64,000 nucleotides of DNA, from the NCBI GenBank assembly GCA_000708835.1, contig DF236983.1, positions 197,753 to 261,752 on the forward strand, read 5' to 3'. Both the position numbers and the translations under genes were made by a program. Origin of the DNA: Klebsormidium nitens. Lineage: Eukaryota > Plantae > Klebsormidiophyceae. The first letter of the stretch is position 1. Every line of letters starts with the position of its first letter. The notes under the pieces are model-generated. The model was not told the origin of the DNA. It worked only from the letters and a program-made list of their open reading frames with translations, and searched no databases. This document shows, one piece after another, positions 10,569 through 23,200 of this stretch.

Positions 10569-13500
10569 ATGGAACAAAGAGCGCGTTGCTTGCGGGCACG
10601 AGTGTGTTGGGGGCGCTGGACCACCTGGTTGAGTTTCCTTGTGCTGCTAGCAGGGCACACCGGTGAGTCGGGATTTCAAGTCTGATCTGTCTCGTTTGCA
10701 ACAACCATCTAAGTGACTTCCAGCAGAAAAGAATGGAAGACACTTCACAAGTATTCTTTGCACTGGCAGGATCTTCTGATCTAGTGTGTCAGCCGGTATG
10801 ATGCACACACCTGGAGCTGTGCCTTTCTGCTTTGGAAACTGATCACTGATGTGATGTATCCCTGACCCTTGTAAGACCGTGCAAGAATCGGCGCCAGACG
10901 CAAGTTGCCAACTCAGTCCTATTGGCACAGACCGTTGCGGCCGGCAGACGTGTCAAGTCACGTACATTCCATGTCCATGAAGTCCTAAAGCTTGCGGACC
11001 TTCATGGGAAATAAGGCGGCGCAAGCGCTCCCTCATGATGACTTGCTGCAACTCGATTTAAACAGTCATTCTGTTTGTTCTTGTTGCACATGACTCCCGC
11101 AACATTGGGCCAGAGCCCCATGGCTCAAACAGACTTCAATCCTATCACCAAAACTCTCTTTGCTAACTCCTATCAAAACACTGTCTGGTTTTGAAGGTGC
11201 CTCCGTAGCAGCTGGCAGAACAGACCATCCTTCGGAGGTGACCGCTTTAACCGCTACAGACAGCCTGCCCGCCAAAGTATATGCTACGTCAAAGTTGGAC
11301 TCGCCGCCTACCCTGAGGCTGCTGGGATGGCGGCGCATTCTCACGGATTCGGCGCCCTCGCTCTTTGTCGACAACAAGCGTAAGACATACTTTCTTTGAC
11401 ATGTGAAGTCTCACATCTTCAATCATTCTTGGCCTGTAGGAACCTGGCCTCGTCTAAAGATTGCATTGCATCGCTCAAGTGCTTGCAGAGCACTTTTTTC
11501 ACGAGTGTTGGCACGCTGTGCAATCTCAGCCAGATTCGTGTCTTCCCACTGAATTAGTGGCATGGATGCCTCGGTAGACACCTTGACTGCATTCTTGGTT
11601 GAAAAAGATGGAAGCTTAGATCCCAAAACGCGGGTCATTGGAGGACAACAAGCGGAGCGCGCCCGTATGACATTGCCATCAGCGCTTTTCTCTCTAGTGC
11701 TCAATGCTTCTTGAAAATCATGCGTGGACGTCCTTTCTGGTTCATTGTTCTGGCCCTTGCACCGTCACTTCTTCTGTGATCAACCACCGGGCAGCTTCTG
11801 GGCAGCTTGTGCAAGAGAAAGAAAATCCAGCACCTTTTAACAGCAGAAGAACATCAAAGCGTACTGACACAACTGGACCTTATGTCAGACCACACTCCTA
11901 CCAAAAGAAGCGCCCCCTGCTTTGGAGGCCTCACTTTCTTTCGCAGAGGTACATCTCCAGAAAGGAAGACTGCACAATCGGAACCGAATAAAGGAACGTA
12001 ACCTGATATAGGCCCTGCCCACAGACTCCCCAGAGAAGGGCGCCCCCTTTTGGAGCTTCACCTTCTCACCTAGGAGACATTCTCATCAAAGGAGGAAAAC
12101 TCTCTTTGGAACGCACACTCAGATTTCACTCAATCTGCAGGGTCCACCGAGCACCGCGCCCTCTTCTGGAGCCTCACCTTCTCCCCTGGAAGACTTAAAC
12201 TCGGAAAAAATGGGGACCTTCTTGGGCACTCACTCACCCTATCTCACGTCCCGCAGAAAACACTGAGAAGTTCGCCCTGTTCTGGAGCCATACCTTCCCC
12301 CCTGCAAGATACAAAACGACCGAACGAGTTTTTCTTGGAGACTCACGGTCGCATAACACTCTACTGCAGAGTCCACCAAGAAGCGCGCGTTGTTCTGGAG
12401 CCTCACCTTCTTCTTCTCCATGACGCCCTTCATCTGCGCCTGCTACGGCCTCTGCAGCGTCCTCTGCTGCAAGCGCCACCGCCGCCGCCAGCTGGCGCTC
12501 CGCCAGCAGCGGGAGGCCGTGCTCGCGGCAGAGGCCGCAACGCAGACTGTGAGCACCACTCCACCGTGTCGTTGAACTATTTCTGTCAGCCGCAACAGAC
12601 TCTCGTTATTGTTGAAGAGCTGGTCATCTCGGTGGCTACCAGCAAAACGCTCACGGCAGACGTGGCAACTGCAAAAATAAACCCGTTTTCAGTAGCCCCT
12701 CTTCAGTATCCCATCGGAATTTTTCGCTTTCTGCTTTTCGGATTGGAATCGTGTATACTCGGTACTCGAAATCAGCATTTAAACAAACCGGACCATTCTC
12801 AGTGCATCAGAGGCATCTGGCCTCTGCGCCTGTAGAACACGTGTCCGGTTTACGTCTTGCCGCCCCGTAAGTGCCAGTCTTTGCTCACAGAAAACCAATG
12901 CTTGGAAGGGTCCGTGCACGCCGCTGGAATCTGAGCTTCTCAAACCGAAGCGCTCTTGGGGTTTCAATCAGCCCACTCGCCTCCACACCGCTTTTCAAAA
13001 TAATGTAGAACAGCGTCATTGGACGAAGGGTGACCAAACTCCAGTTTATTACAACCGCTGGTCTTCCTTGGGCACAATCTGCAGCAGGCACTGGAAGGAG
13101 CGTTGAACTGTACGGTCGAAGGGTATGGGCGTCCACGCGGCCGCTAAGGGGACTTACCGCATAATCTCAAGACTTTGTGTCTGCAACTTACCAGTACCGC
13201 CTTCCATGCTCACCTTGCATCTGCCCGTCTTCTCCGCAGACCCCGCCAGAGACTGTAGTAACCGTCCGCTTTTCGGACCTCGAGCTTGGCACGTTCGAGG
13301 ACCTTACCGGTTTACCCCGTTTGAACGACGAGTAAGTGCTGGTGACGAACTTCTGATAACGTGGGTCTGATAACGTGGGTCCGCCTCTCCATAAGCTGTG
13401 CCACTGTCCCCCCAATCTGGTCGCACATGCGCATTCAATGGGATTCTTGCTTGGAATGCCACGTGGCAAGCCCTCCATCCAATCTGCACGGCCATCAGTG

Positions 13501-14366
13501 TCATGTTTTGCTTTGTTCGGGCCCTTTCAGTCCACACTTTGTAGATAGACGTTGATCGACACAGCTGTTTGGCAGACCTTGACTTAGGGTGTACTTCATT
13601 TCGTCCGGTGCAGGTGTCCTATCTGCCTGAGGGAGTTCGGCGACGACGAGAAAGTGCGGCAACTGCCTGCATGTCGCCAGTAAGTCGCTCGCCCACTTTC
13701 CCTACAACTTCGAGCTTTTCTTGAACTCTTTAACGGCGCGTTTCCAGAATCAAGGCAGTGAAGTTTCGTTAGTAATACAGATGCTTAGTAATACAGATGC
13801 AAACTAACCAGCAGTTGAAACCCAATTGGCCGCTCGTGATGCGCAAGCGGCTGATACAAGGGATTGGCAAAGTTGTGTCGAGGTTTGCAGATTTGTAGAC
13901 TTTGTCTGTTCCGCGTTTTAGGAACGCGTTTTAGGAAGTTGTGTCTTAGAGACAGCAAATCACCTTAGAAATGCGGCCGGACCATAAACCTCCACATCTG
14001 GTCGGTTTCTGCCTCCCGTTTTTCAGAGAGGCGAAGGAAGTTTGCGGACGCTTACGGTGTCAGCCCTCACACAAGATCGAACTGCGGCTTTCTTCTCGAC
14101 CCTCTCCGTAGTGCACCATCCGAAGCAAACTGCAGGACCCCAGTGCTCCGTCCATCCAACGTCTGTTCAGTGTTGAAATCGATCCCTAAGCTAGAATAAA
14201 CCTCCCCTTCTTCTCGTGCAGCTCCTTCCACCCCGAGTGTATAGCGGAGTGGGTCGCCAAGCACAACACGTGCCCCCTCTGCCGGACGCTGCTTCTGCCC
14301 CCACTGCCGCCCGAGGGGCCTGCGGACGCCCGAACACATCCCGAACGCCCAAGTTCGGCAGTGTGA
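10569..14366 (+). CDS. ATL-type transmembrane RING-H2 E3 ubiquitin ligase
   Basis: Secure exons: 12370-12548 (TM ALFWSLTFFFSMTPFICACYGLCSVLCC plus basic stretch), 13240-13331, 13614-13679, 14222-14366, giving CPICLREFGDDEKVRQLPACRHSFHPECIAEWVAKHNTCPLC (C3H2C3). The 5' exons 10569-10662 (signal-like) and 11197-11379 are phase-1 compatible but less certain. Confidence 0.85.
11881..12420 (+). repeat. Five degenerate tandem copies (113-128 nt period) of a 3' splice site plus exon start
   Basis: The core t(c/t)tggag ends at 11927, 12055, 12171, 12287 and 12400. Copies 2-5 have CAG exactly 31 nt upstream (12024, 12140, 12256, 12369). Phase-1 translations: SPEKGAPFWSFTF, STEHRALFWSLTF, NTEKFALFWSHTF, STKKRALFWSLTF (the real exon). 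Confidence 0.85.
13352..13379. repeat. Perfect 14-nt tandem duplication (intronic)
   Basis: tctgataacgtggg x2. Confidence 0.9.
13769..13800. repeat. Perfect 16-nt tandem duplication (intronic)
   Basis: ttagtaatacagatgc x2. Confidence 0.9.
13912..13937. repeat. Perfect 13-nt tandem duplication (intronic)
   Basis: cgcgttttaggaa x2. Confidence 0.9.
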
Positions 14367-15450
14367 ACGGGCCGTCGCTCGTATCTATGCACTGAATCAG
14401 GTGGATTCTCTGAGCATGGGGTGTGCTCGAAACTTGTTTCCGCAAAAGTTCCCAGTCGGAAGCGGGGTGTTGCAAAGAAGCATGCGCTGAGCTGCGCCAG
14501 CGCTTGACTAGGTACGGGTAGAAGACCTTATAAGGTGTTCTTGCCGAAGCTCAGGTTGGTGTATAGACTCCGGACTTTTAAAGATTTGTTCGTGTTGGGT
14601 AACTTGTAAGTAGGAGTGATCTGCAGGCGGCAGTCGCATGTATCATTGATCTTGTAGCCACTCTAATTAGAAGCAGCAAAGTTGTACGAAAGTAGGTAGG
14701 GAACGTTCAAGCACAAGCTGCCGGCTGCGCCAGGTCATAGTCGCAGTGCTGAGCTGGGGAGATCGCATACAGATCTATATGCGGACCTTGTGCAACAACA
14801 CTAAACTTATAGAGTAGTTTGTCAATGCCTTCCAAACAAACGTCTATGCCCAAGCAATCAAGAATCTGGTTTGACTTTTAAGAGAACGTCAGAAGATGGG
14901 GTCTAACATAGTGGTGCAGGATTAGAGTGTTCTCCCTGATATCGATTGTTTTGCGCATCTTTTGACCTCAGAGTAAACATAGGCAGCATCGTCCCAATGT
15001 ATACAATCGAAGCTCGTTTCATCGTTTTACAAACTCAGGCTAGCAAGCATGTTCTAAATGAATTTCATGCATTCTGTTGAACTAGATCTTCAATCAAAAA
15101 AATCCATGATCATAGCTTTTGTCTAAGTATGCAATGGGTGCTACCATGTATTTCGGCCCATAATTTTTGAGATCGCGCGAGTATAGCTCTTAGTTCAGAT
15201 CGTTCTTGCGGGGAATCAACATGCATTGTTGTCTGCCGCAGCCACCGTCGCACGTGTACGTCAAACATTATACAATCAATTCAGAATTCCAAGCTTGTGA
15301 GATGTGCGCCAAGAGCCTGAGAAAGTGCATTGGGGGAAACTTGAGAAAAGCGGCAACTTTTCAGAAAATTACTCGCGGTATACAGACTGTACTTCAGCAA
15401 ATTCGTGAAAATGCAGCCGCGCCGCACATGGATGCTAGCGGCTCACAAGC

Positions 15451-15459
15451 AAAAGAAAA
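15451..15459 (-). terminator. Pol III oligo-T terminator of the tRNA gene
   Basis: TTTTCTTTT on the minus strand, starting 17 nt after the discriminator base. Confidence 0.65.
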
Positions 15460-15475
15460 CCGTGAATGAGAATGA

Positions 15476-15560
15476 TGGAGATCCCGGGTTTTGAACCCGG
15501 TACCTTTTGCGTTCTCAATCGTGCTGTGAAGCAAACGCTCTACCGATGAGCTAGATCTCC
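15476..15560 (-). tRNA. Intron-containing tRNA, anticodon CAC (Val), alanine-type body
   Basis: Reverse complement: GGAGATC TA GCTC ATCGGTA GAGC G TTTGC TTCACA[GCACGATTGAGAA]C GCAAA AGGTA CCGGG TTCAAAA CCCGG GATCTCC A. All four stems are fully Watson-Crick paired, the A and B boxes are intact, and a 13-nt intron sits at the canonical 37/38 position. Confidence 0.85.
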
Positions 15561-16002
15561 CGGGGTCTTATGTCGCAGATTGAGTATTGGTTTACGATCG
15601 CCGTAAACACTATGTACCGGTACCGCGGCTTGCACGTGCGGCCATACTCGTTGGCAATGCTGGATTACTTCGCATAATGACGAAGGCTCTTCAAAATGCT
15701 GAAAATGGTGACGCCAACGTACAAAACCATACGAGAAACCAGCTTCAACTTTCAAACCAAACAGGGAAGTCTTTCTGTGTGTTTATGCGAGCTTCAAAAT
15801 CATTGGTTTCCTAACACTCTATGAAAGAATCATGGCATAAACAAAGGAAGCGATGGTGGATTGCACCAACTCGAGCAAAGCTCTGCATTTATGCATCCGG
15901 CCAATTATGCCGGGGCCTAGGGGAGAAGATGTTGTGTCAGGCAGGGATTCACGTGTCACTGTGGTTCTGACTTCTGACTTCTGACAAGCTGGTTATAGCT
16001 GG

Positions 16003-19000
16003 TTAGAGCTTGTAATCATCAAGGCCCAGGTCTCTAAGTGCGGCGGAGGCTTCGTCTTTACATCGCGGATATTTGGCCCCTGCTCTTCTAATCAAAGGCT
16101 CTACCCCCTTTTCTAGAATGGGACCCCTGCACAGCAATGGACGTCACAATCAGAGGAAAAACAAGCGGTCAAGTTGCAGCGGCGAGGTTCCAAAAACGTG
16201 GTGCACGGCGCTGTGAGGTCCTCCGTTAAAGTTTCCTGATTCCCGACGTGTCACGTCAATGTGGTACCTGACACTTCGAGCGCAGGAGTTTGCGCGGATG
16301 GGCAGTGAAAAGGTGGAGAAAGGAGAACGCGTTGTTCAAGCAGCATAGACCATAGTGGCCACATCTCAAAGATCCCTTCTCCTCTCCGTAAAGCAGAGGC
16401 CTGACTGCAGAAGCACGACAAGGACTCTACATTGCGATATTCAGAGAGACAGGCTTCGGACCGGTGTCGAGATGGGCGCCCGTGGACCATTCCGAATCTC
16501 GAAACGCTCGCAAATGGACTCTAAAGTACACAAGCGCACGAGCAAGCGCACCAGAGGAAAGCAAACACAAAAGCAGACTGGTTTTATCTGACCGTTTCAG
16601 AAGGGTATCAGCCTACCTGTTGTCAACGTTCCTGACTGCCAGGTTCCGGATGAGTTGGCAAGCCTGCCGTTGCACTTCGAACGACTCCAGTTGCGACTCC
16701 AATGCTTCGACGGCGCAGTCCGCAGCTCTCGCCCGAAAAGCTAGGTCCGCGTTCTTGGCGTTGCGCAAGGTAAGTGCGGCCAAGGCGGCGAGGCCCTGCA
16801 AAAGCAAAGCAAGTAGACATCAGGTGAGTGCACGCTCAAAAGAACAGGGCAGCAGCCTCGCCTACAGGGCCTCCGGAACAATGATGATAATCTAAGAGCT
16901 GGCATACATTGAACGAACAAAGTAACAACAGATTTTCGGTTAAGCTAAACGAACAAGTAACAAAGCAAATTCGAATCATGTACTTGCTAGCCAGTCGGAC
17001 CGTACTTTGAAGTCTTCTCGACAGCTGCAGTCACCACTAGCTGGTCGCTGCCCTGAACCTCCAAGCCAGGCCATACACACGAACGATGAAGCTCTTCATC
17101 TCAGTATCCAAGTAACCGAAGCCTGTCGCACTTCATTCACCAACATTCGTGGAGTCCCGAGACCGGCAAACTACGCCCTTCCACATTTTTGAAACACAGC
17201 ATCTTTTGAAATTCGCAAAGCACGCAAAGTCAGCAGAACGTCCCGGAAATGGGTCTGTGCACCAGCCTCTACCTGATGCAGAACGGCGGGGCTATCGTGG
17301 TACCGCCCCAGCACGTTAACGATCGTGTCTAGGCCCCCGAGTTCCACCACTCGCTCCTTGTTCGCGTCGCTTTTCCCCAGCTGCTGCAGCAACCCGAGCG
17401 CGCTCGCTGCCACGGAGACGTTCTGCGCCTCGCTCGTCCGGGGGGCTCCGCTGACGGCGCGCAGGATTGCGAGGATGGAATCCAGGCCGCCCGCTTCTTG
17501 GACCTGCTTGCAGATGTCGTCCTGCGGGGTGACGAGAACAAGGGGTCTTCAACCATAACAAGGACCATAACCATGACCGTAACCACCTTATGTCAAGCTC
17601 CCTGGGGCAGGTGCTTCGTCATATGGTATGCTTGCGCGAGTGGACGAATCCGCCAGCTACCTGCACCGCCTTGCAGATGTCGCCCTGCGGTAGCTTTCGG
17701 CTTCTGACCCGTCGTGATTTTTCAAACCCTCGTACATCGTCATTCGCTCTGCAGCCAACTTGCAAAAAAATGAAACAACGCTCAAGGGGTCCTGATCGGT
17801 CGAACTGCGGACTCTGGCAGAGTTGACACTTCTTTAGTTGCGACTCAAGCAACTCCGCATCTATGCAAGAGTTTCTTCAGCCCTTGTACAGTGATGCGAG
17901 TGCAGAAGTGAGCTTACATTTGCTGCCAGGCTCGTGAGCGCGCCACAGAGAGCAGCTAAAGTCTCTGGCTGTCCTTGATGAACCTTCAACGCTCCTAGCA
18001 CAGCGTCGACTCCATCCGCTTTTCCAATCAACAGGGCATGTCGAAAACCCTGCAGGGACAGAAGCCCTTCTTGATCATGTCTTCGAGACAGGACATCAAG
18101 GAGGAAGTCAGGCCGACCGCCACTTCAGTGCGAATTGTTTACTTTAAACATCTGTATTTTAAGTGCGTCAGAAATATTCTCGTTGCTCAAAACGTGCACT
18201 CTTGATGGTGAACTCGGACAGATAATCGAGTCACAATCTTGCCAAAGCATTTGAATTGACGCTGAGAAGACAGATTTTGATTCACAAGACAAGAGGAGAC
18301 CCGCTTCAGTTGACAGCTTCATGAATGTCAATGCTCACCTTGGACGACAACGCCTTAAAGTCATCTGCAGTGGCAAACGCCTGCAGCGCAGCTGCCGCCC
18401 CACGTACAACCGCTGCATCTTGTGAGTGCGTCTTCAGCGCGTCAATGAGCAACTCCTCTGCTTTCCCCTCCATAAACTGGACTTTGTTGCCCTCGTGCTT
18501 GGTGGATGCTGTAGCAATGACCTCTGAACTTCTGGCCACTAGTGACGAGAGCGTGCGATGCGTGCGGAGACTGGCTAGCAGGCTGTCTGGGCCTGAGGAC
18601 TGGAGGAACGCCTCCTTGTTGTCATACTCTGCGCATGAGAACGTACTTATCAATACCCCAATCAATCAGCATTTTGAAGGATTGCTTCAGGGCTGATGGT
18701 GTTATTGACTACTCTGTGAAACATGCTAATCCAGAGCCCTGTGACGTTCGCTGAGGTGCAGCCGAAGTATTACTAAAGCAACAGAACTTGTTCCATCTAT
18801 GAAAGACTTAGATCTCATGCAGAACGCATGATGCTGCTCGTTAGAACACCCTTCAGAGGTGAGTGGCAGCTCAGGCTTTCCTACACAAGTGAAGAATACA
18901 AAGGTGTCACCTTTTACCACAAACTCTTGCACGTGGGATTGTCCCCCTCACCTGACAAAATCTTGCCAAGGGCGTCAAGCGCTCCAGCCAGCCTTTCACT

Positions 19001-19834
19001 GTCCTTGTCTTCTCCCAGATTGTTAACAGCATCAATCAAAATCCTAACACCCCCGCTCCTGCCAACCAGTGCCTCTGCCCCATCTTCTTTGCAGTTTAAG
19101 TTCAGGCTTCCTAGCGCTTCCTCGATTGTCCCTACACTAGCTGCGTCAGAGGCTGAACCGCCTTCTACAAACTCTTGGAGCGCCTTCTCCAGTGCTTGGA
19201 GCGCTTGGCTAGCGGGATGGTCCGCCACAGCCTGAGCACCACCGGGCTTGGTGATTATACCTGGAAGCAGAAATTAGCAATTAGGTTGCTGGAGGTAGCT
19301 TTAGGACTCGAGCAAGCTTCTTTGCACCAGCATCAAGAAGCATCAAGAAACAATGGGCGAGTTTTTTCCACAGCTTTGTATTGGTGGTGGTTTGATTCAA
19401 AAAGCTGGCAATCAGATCGTTTCAGCAGGACATGTTGCTGCTCTTCTTCAAATCCTGAAGCTGTCCTGCAATACAACCTCGTGTGTCAATGATGGGTGTT
19501 TGTTAGCTCACCCGATAAGTCTGCCCCCTGCATCTCAAATGTTTTCACAGCGTCTGACACCGCTTCATCAGGCTCCATGTCGAACTCTTCAATGTTCTCC
19601 TGCAGATCCACAACCAATTAGCAGATGCCACCCTGCGATTCCTCATCATGAGTTTTTAAGCCTGTGTGAGCGCTTTCATTCTTTCATCAACAAAAGCAGC
19701 TAGCATCCGGGGACTTTAGCTCGTGATCAGCGATAGAGCAGACATGCCCAACTAACACCACTCGAATTACCGACCTTCACAGCAGCATCAAAGGCCTCCT
19801 GCGAAACCTTTACTTTCGTGCTCTTCGGCGCCAT
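16003..19834 (-). CDS. ARMC6: Armadillo repeat-containing protein 6-like
   Basis: Exon 1 (19834-19775) MAPKSTKVKVSQEAFDAAVK continues into ENIEEFDMEPDEAVSDAVKTFEMQGADLSG, the family N-terminus. ARM-repeat exons follow (e.g. VQRQACQLIRNLAVRNVDNR). Last exon 16126-16003 reads GPILEKGVEPLIRRAGAKYPRCKDEASAALRDLGLDDYKL*. Confidence 0.88.
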
Positions 19835-20285
19835 TCTCTGCAGCTTCAAGTCTAGGCCGTGGGTGCAGGTTTCCTTGAGCTAGACGCAGCTTGCGAAGTC
19901 AAACACGTAGAATCCACAGGAAACTGCAATTGCAGCAGGCGCTTTTGAATGAAAGTTTTTGACGTTTAAGTGGTTGCAATGAAAGCTGAGCTTTGAAGTT
20001 TGAAGAAGGGAGGTCTGCAGAACCCTAAAACTTTGCTAGCTAACATACAGATTACGCGGGGGCACGCGGACAGCAGATGAACGGTCGGGCAGCGATCCAG
20101 ACTCTCATCGACGGATGCGAGTGCCGGAGCCAGAAATGGACGCGCGCCAAAAGAGGTACTGCTCGCGTCTGCAGGCCCAGCTGCCACGCTTTGCATAAAT
20201 TGTCGAAGTCACTTCTGCCTGGCGTGGACCCTGGCGCAGGGGCGCATGATGCCTGATCAGCAAACGCTCAAGAAGTCTGAACTCC
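19835..20285. promoter_or_regulatory. Probable bidirectional promoter region (ARMC6 / ERCC1)
   Basis: 451 bp between divergent ATGs. Inferred from gene arrangement only. Confidence 0.4.
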
Positions 20286-23200
20286 ATGGGGGACGCGAAT
20301 CCCACCTCCCCAAGCTCGCAGCCGAAGCGGGCTCCCCTCTTTCGCATCCCTTCCGCAGCTGAAGTTGCAGCGGCAAACCGACCAACGGCCCCTGCAATCC
20401 TCTTCCGCCCGTCCTCTTCTGTTGCAAGCGCCTCTGCCCTTCCCCCTTCTCAAAGGCCGTCATTCCCAGTTCAGCAGAACAGCCCCCCCTTTCCTGTCCA
20501 GCAAAACACACCCCCCTGGCCCGCCCAAAGGCCCCCCTTTCCCACCGCCCCCTCTGGTCATCGACCCCCCTTCCCTCCTCCAAGCGCAAGCGCCCGCCCT
20601 TCCTCTTTTGCGGAAGCTTTCTCTTTTGCCCGCAATGGAGATTCAGGCGGTCAGCCCATTCAGAGACCGGCCGGCGCTGCAATCCAGGCGGCGGGGGTAA
20701 GGATTCCCAGTGGAAACTTTCCCCCAGGGCTGGGTCCGACGCCCTCCACTAACAGACCTCCCAGTGGTGGTGGTGCGAATGGGGTCAATGCGAACGGGCT
20801 CAGGCCCACCTATGCCGCAGGGCCGGTGCAGGCGCCAGCCAATAAGAACGCCATAGTTGCTAGCAACCGACAGGTGGGGCCCCTCTCCACCTTCTTGGCG
20901 CCTTGTAGACAGTATTATAGTCTTTGCTTCAACTAAAAACCAGTCCAGTACAAGTGAAACCAAGTAAAACGAATCACTTTCATGATGGTGGAGGCGGTGT
21001 GCCAATTAAGGGTGGCATTGTTCGTTTCTGAAATGAGTATCCTTGCCGTTGTGGCCCTTCTTGTTAAAAAGTACTTTGTTTGAAAAGAAACCTCAGCTTG
21101 TGGGACCGGAGGATCAGCAAGTGATTCACGTTTTGACGGAAGTTCCGGGCTAACAGAAGGAGCTACCTGACATTCTCCCAACAACTTTTAACTGGGATGT
21201 CTCTGAAGTTTGCGCTCTCTGTCTGAGTACCATGCAAATTGCACCTTTTCGCAGCGCGGAAACCCGCTTCTAAAGCATATTCGAAATGTCCGGTGGGTTC
21301 ACGGTGACATCGTGCCAGACTATCTGCTCGGAGAAACAACATGTGCCCTGTATTTAAGGTGAGCAGGGGATGTTATCACTCTTACGGTGCCACTGAGGTA
21401 CCAACTTGGGGCCCTGAGAGTGCATATCTAGTCAGCTTTTACAGAACCAAGGAACCTGTAAGGTGACCATGACCGGATTCTCGTACGGCTCCGGCGTTGA
21501 AAAGGCAATCAATAATCGATTTCAAGAAGCAGCGGAGGAATTGCACACCTCGTCGTTGAGTGCGAGGCGCTTCTATTCTTGCATGTTTTGGGCTCATTGT
21601 CAAAGAAACTTTCCCGCTTTTTGAGGAGAACGAAGCGGTTCTGGAACAAGTCAGGCGGATTGCAAAACATTCGAATCGGCTGGGGGACAGCTCGAAATCG
21701 TGTTGCCCATTGACGTCAAAGAATGGTCGCTTCAAATATCCTGCTATCCAGAACGTTTGCCCTCTTTCGCCCCCCACTTTGCAAAACCTGGCCCAAATGG
21801 CGATAGGGCTGCTCATGCCTATAACTTGCTAACTGTGGTGCTTATGCGAAGCTTGGACCGTCGGGACACCATTTCGGCTATCCTGAACTTCTACGATTCG
21901 CTTGGAGTTCCTGACGATGTCTGTGCTATCCCTCACAGCTTGCGGTATCACCTGCTGCACCCGGACTACATCTACTTCCGCATCCGGGAACTGCAAAAGA
22001 ACTACCGCCTCCGGGTGGTCCTGTGCCACGTGGATGTGGTAAGTCAAAAACCGATGCCTTTCCAAGACTCCTGTAGAGTGTTGTCTTCAAAGGCTAAGAG
22101 CGAGTTCCGCCAACAATCAGAGAACTGGCTTCAAGCATTTGTTGCTTCAGGACTTACGTTTCCTGAGGGCACGCACATTGATAGCCTTTTGAACTTGCAA
22201 TCCAGCCCTAGCCTTTGGAACTTCCGTAAACCTCTTCGTTGCACAGGCATGACAGATTGAAGATACTGCTCTAGGAACAAACGTTCTTCTGGCCTGCTAC
22301 CTCCGAAGTGCTCAGACTCAAACAATTGTACCGCTACTGCAGGAAGACGTCATCAAGCCCTTACATGAGGTGACCAAGATCGCCCTGCTGCACGACTGTA
22401 CACTAATATGTGCCTGGAGGTAAACACCTTTCGATTGCTTTGCTTCTCTTTTTGTGCTTCCAATTCGTTGCTGCTTGAGCGATGACATAGTCGAGTGGTC
22501 CAAGCGGACACCTCAAGCCTGCCAGACTTTTGCTCGAGCGAAGGAGATTAAGATGGGATACTAAGCACGGGTTTCTTGTCGCATCAGACGTTCCTCGAAG
22601 TGGAGCAGCTTCCAGCACTTGAAGTTGCTCTAAGTCTGGCAAAAGATACGCATTGTAGAGGCACTTGTTTTGTGCAGCTTTATCAAACTCTGGATAGCGG
22701 GCTTGCCTGAATCAAACTCAGGACGACACGTGTTGAACCGGGTGTTGCTCTGTTGCAGCAATGAAGAGTGCGCGCGCTACTTAGAGACCATCAAGATGTA
22801 CGAGAACAAGCCCGCAGACAATATCCAAGAGAGGACAGACCACGACTACCTGTCCAGGGTGAGCCCGCCTCTCGTTTATCGAAGACTCTTGGCACTGGAA
22901 CCAGATAGAGAACTGAGAAAGATGAATCATTAGACAGATACAAAAGACACCCGAGGCCTCTTGCTCAACCAACCCGCGCCGACTTACGGCGTGCTGGTCG
23001 CAGACGACGCCCTTGCTTAGTCTGTCGGTCCCATTGAACGAAGAAACGAAGAAATAGTTTTCTACAACGAAACTTGCTTGTCAGATACATACAGCGTTTT
23101 CCATCTCGAGGCAGGACTCGTTTGGAAACATGACGCAGAATCGTTGAGTAACCGGACTCTGGGCTCAAAGCTGATCAAACGGCGAGTTGTTGTGCAGTTG

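Noticed and set aside
11066-11377. Minus-strand ORF with kinase-like GGESNFDVAY..VAVKAV
   Set aside because: No downstream HRD or DFG motifs. It is antisense to a phase-compatible probable ATL exon (11197-11379).
15163-15175. Sm-site-like ATAATTTTTGAG
   Set aside because: The flanks lack U1, U2, U4 or U5 conserved elements and a clear 3' stem-loop.
20020-20029. Telo-box-like GAACCCTAA in the ARMC6/ERCC1 spacer
   Set aside because: One mismatch to AAACCCTAA and a single occurrence; expected by chance.
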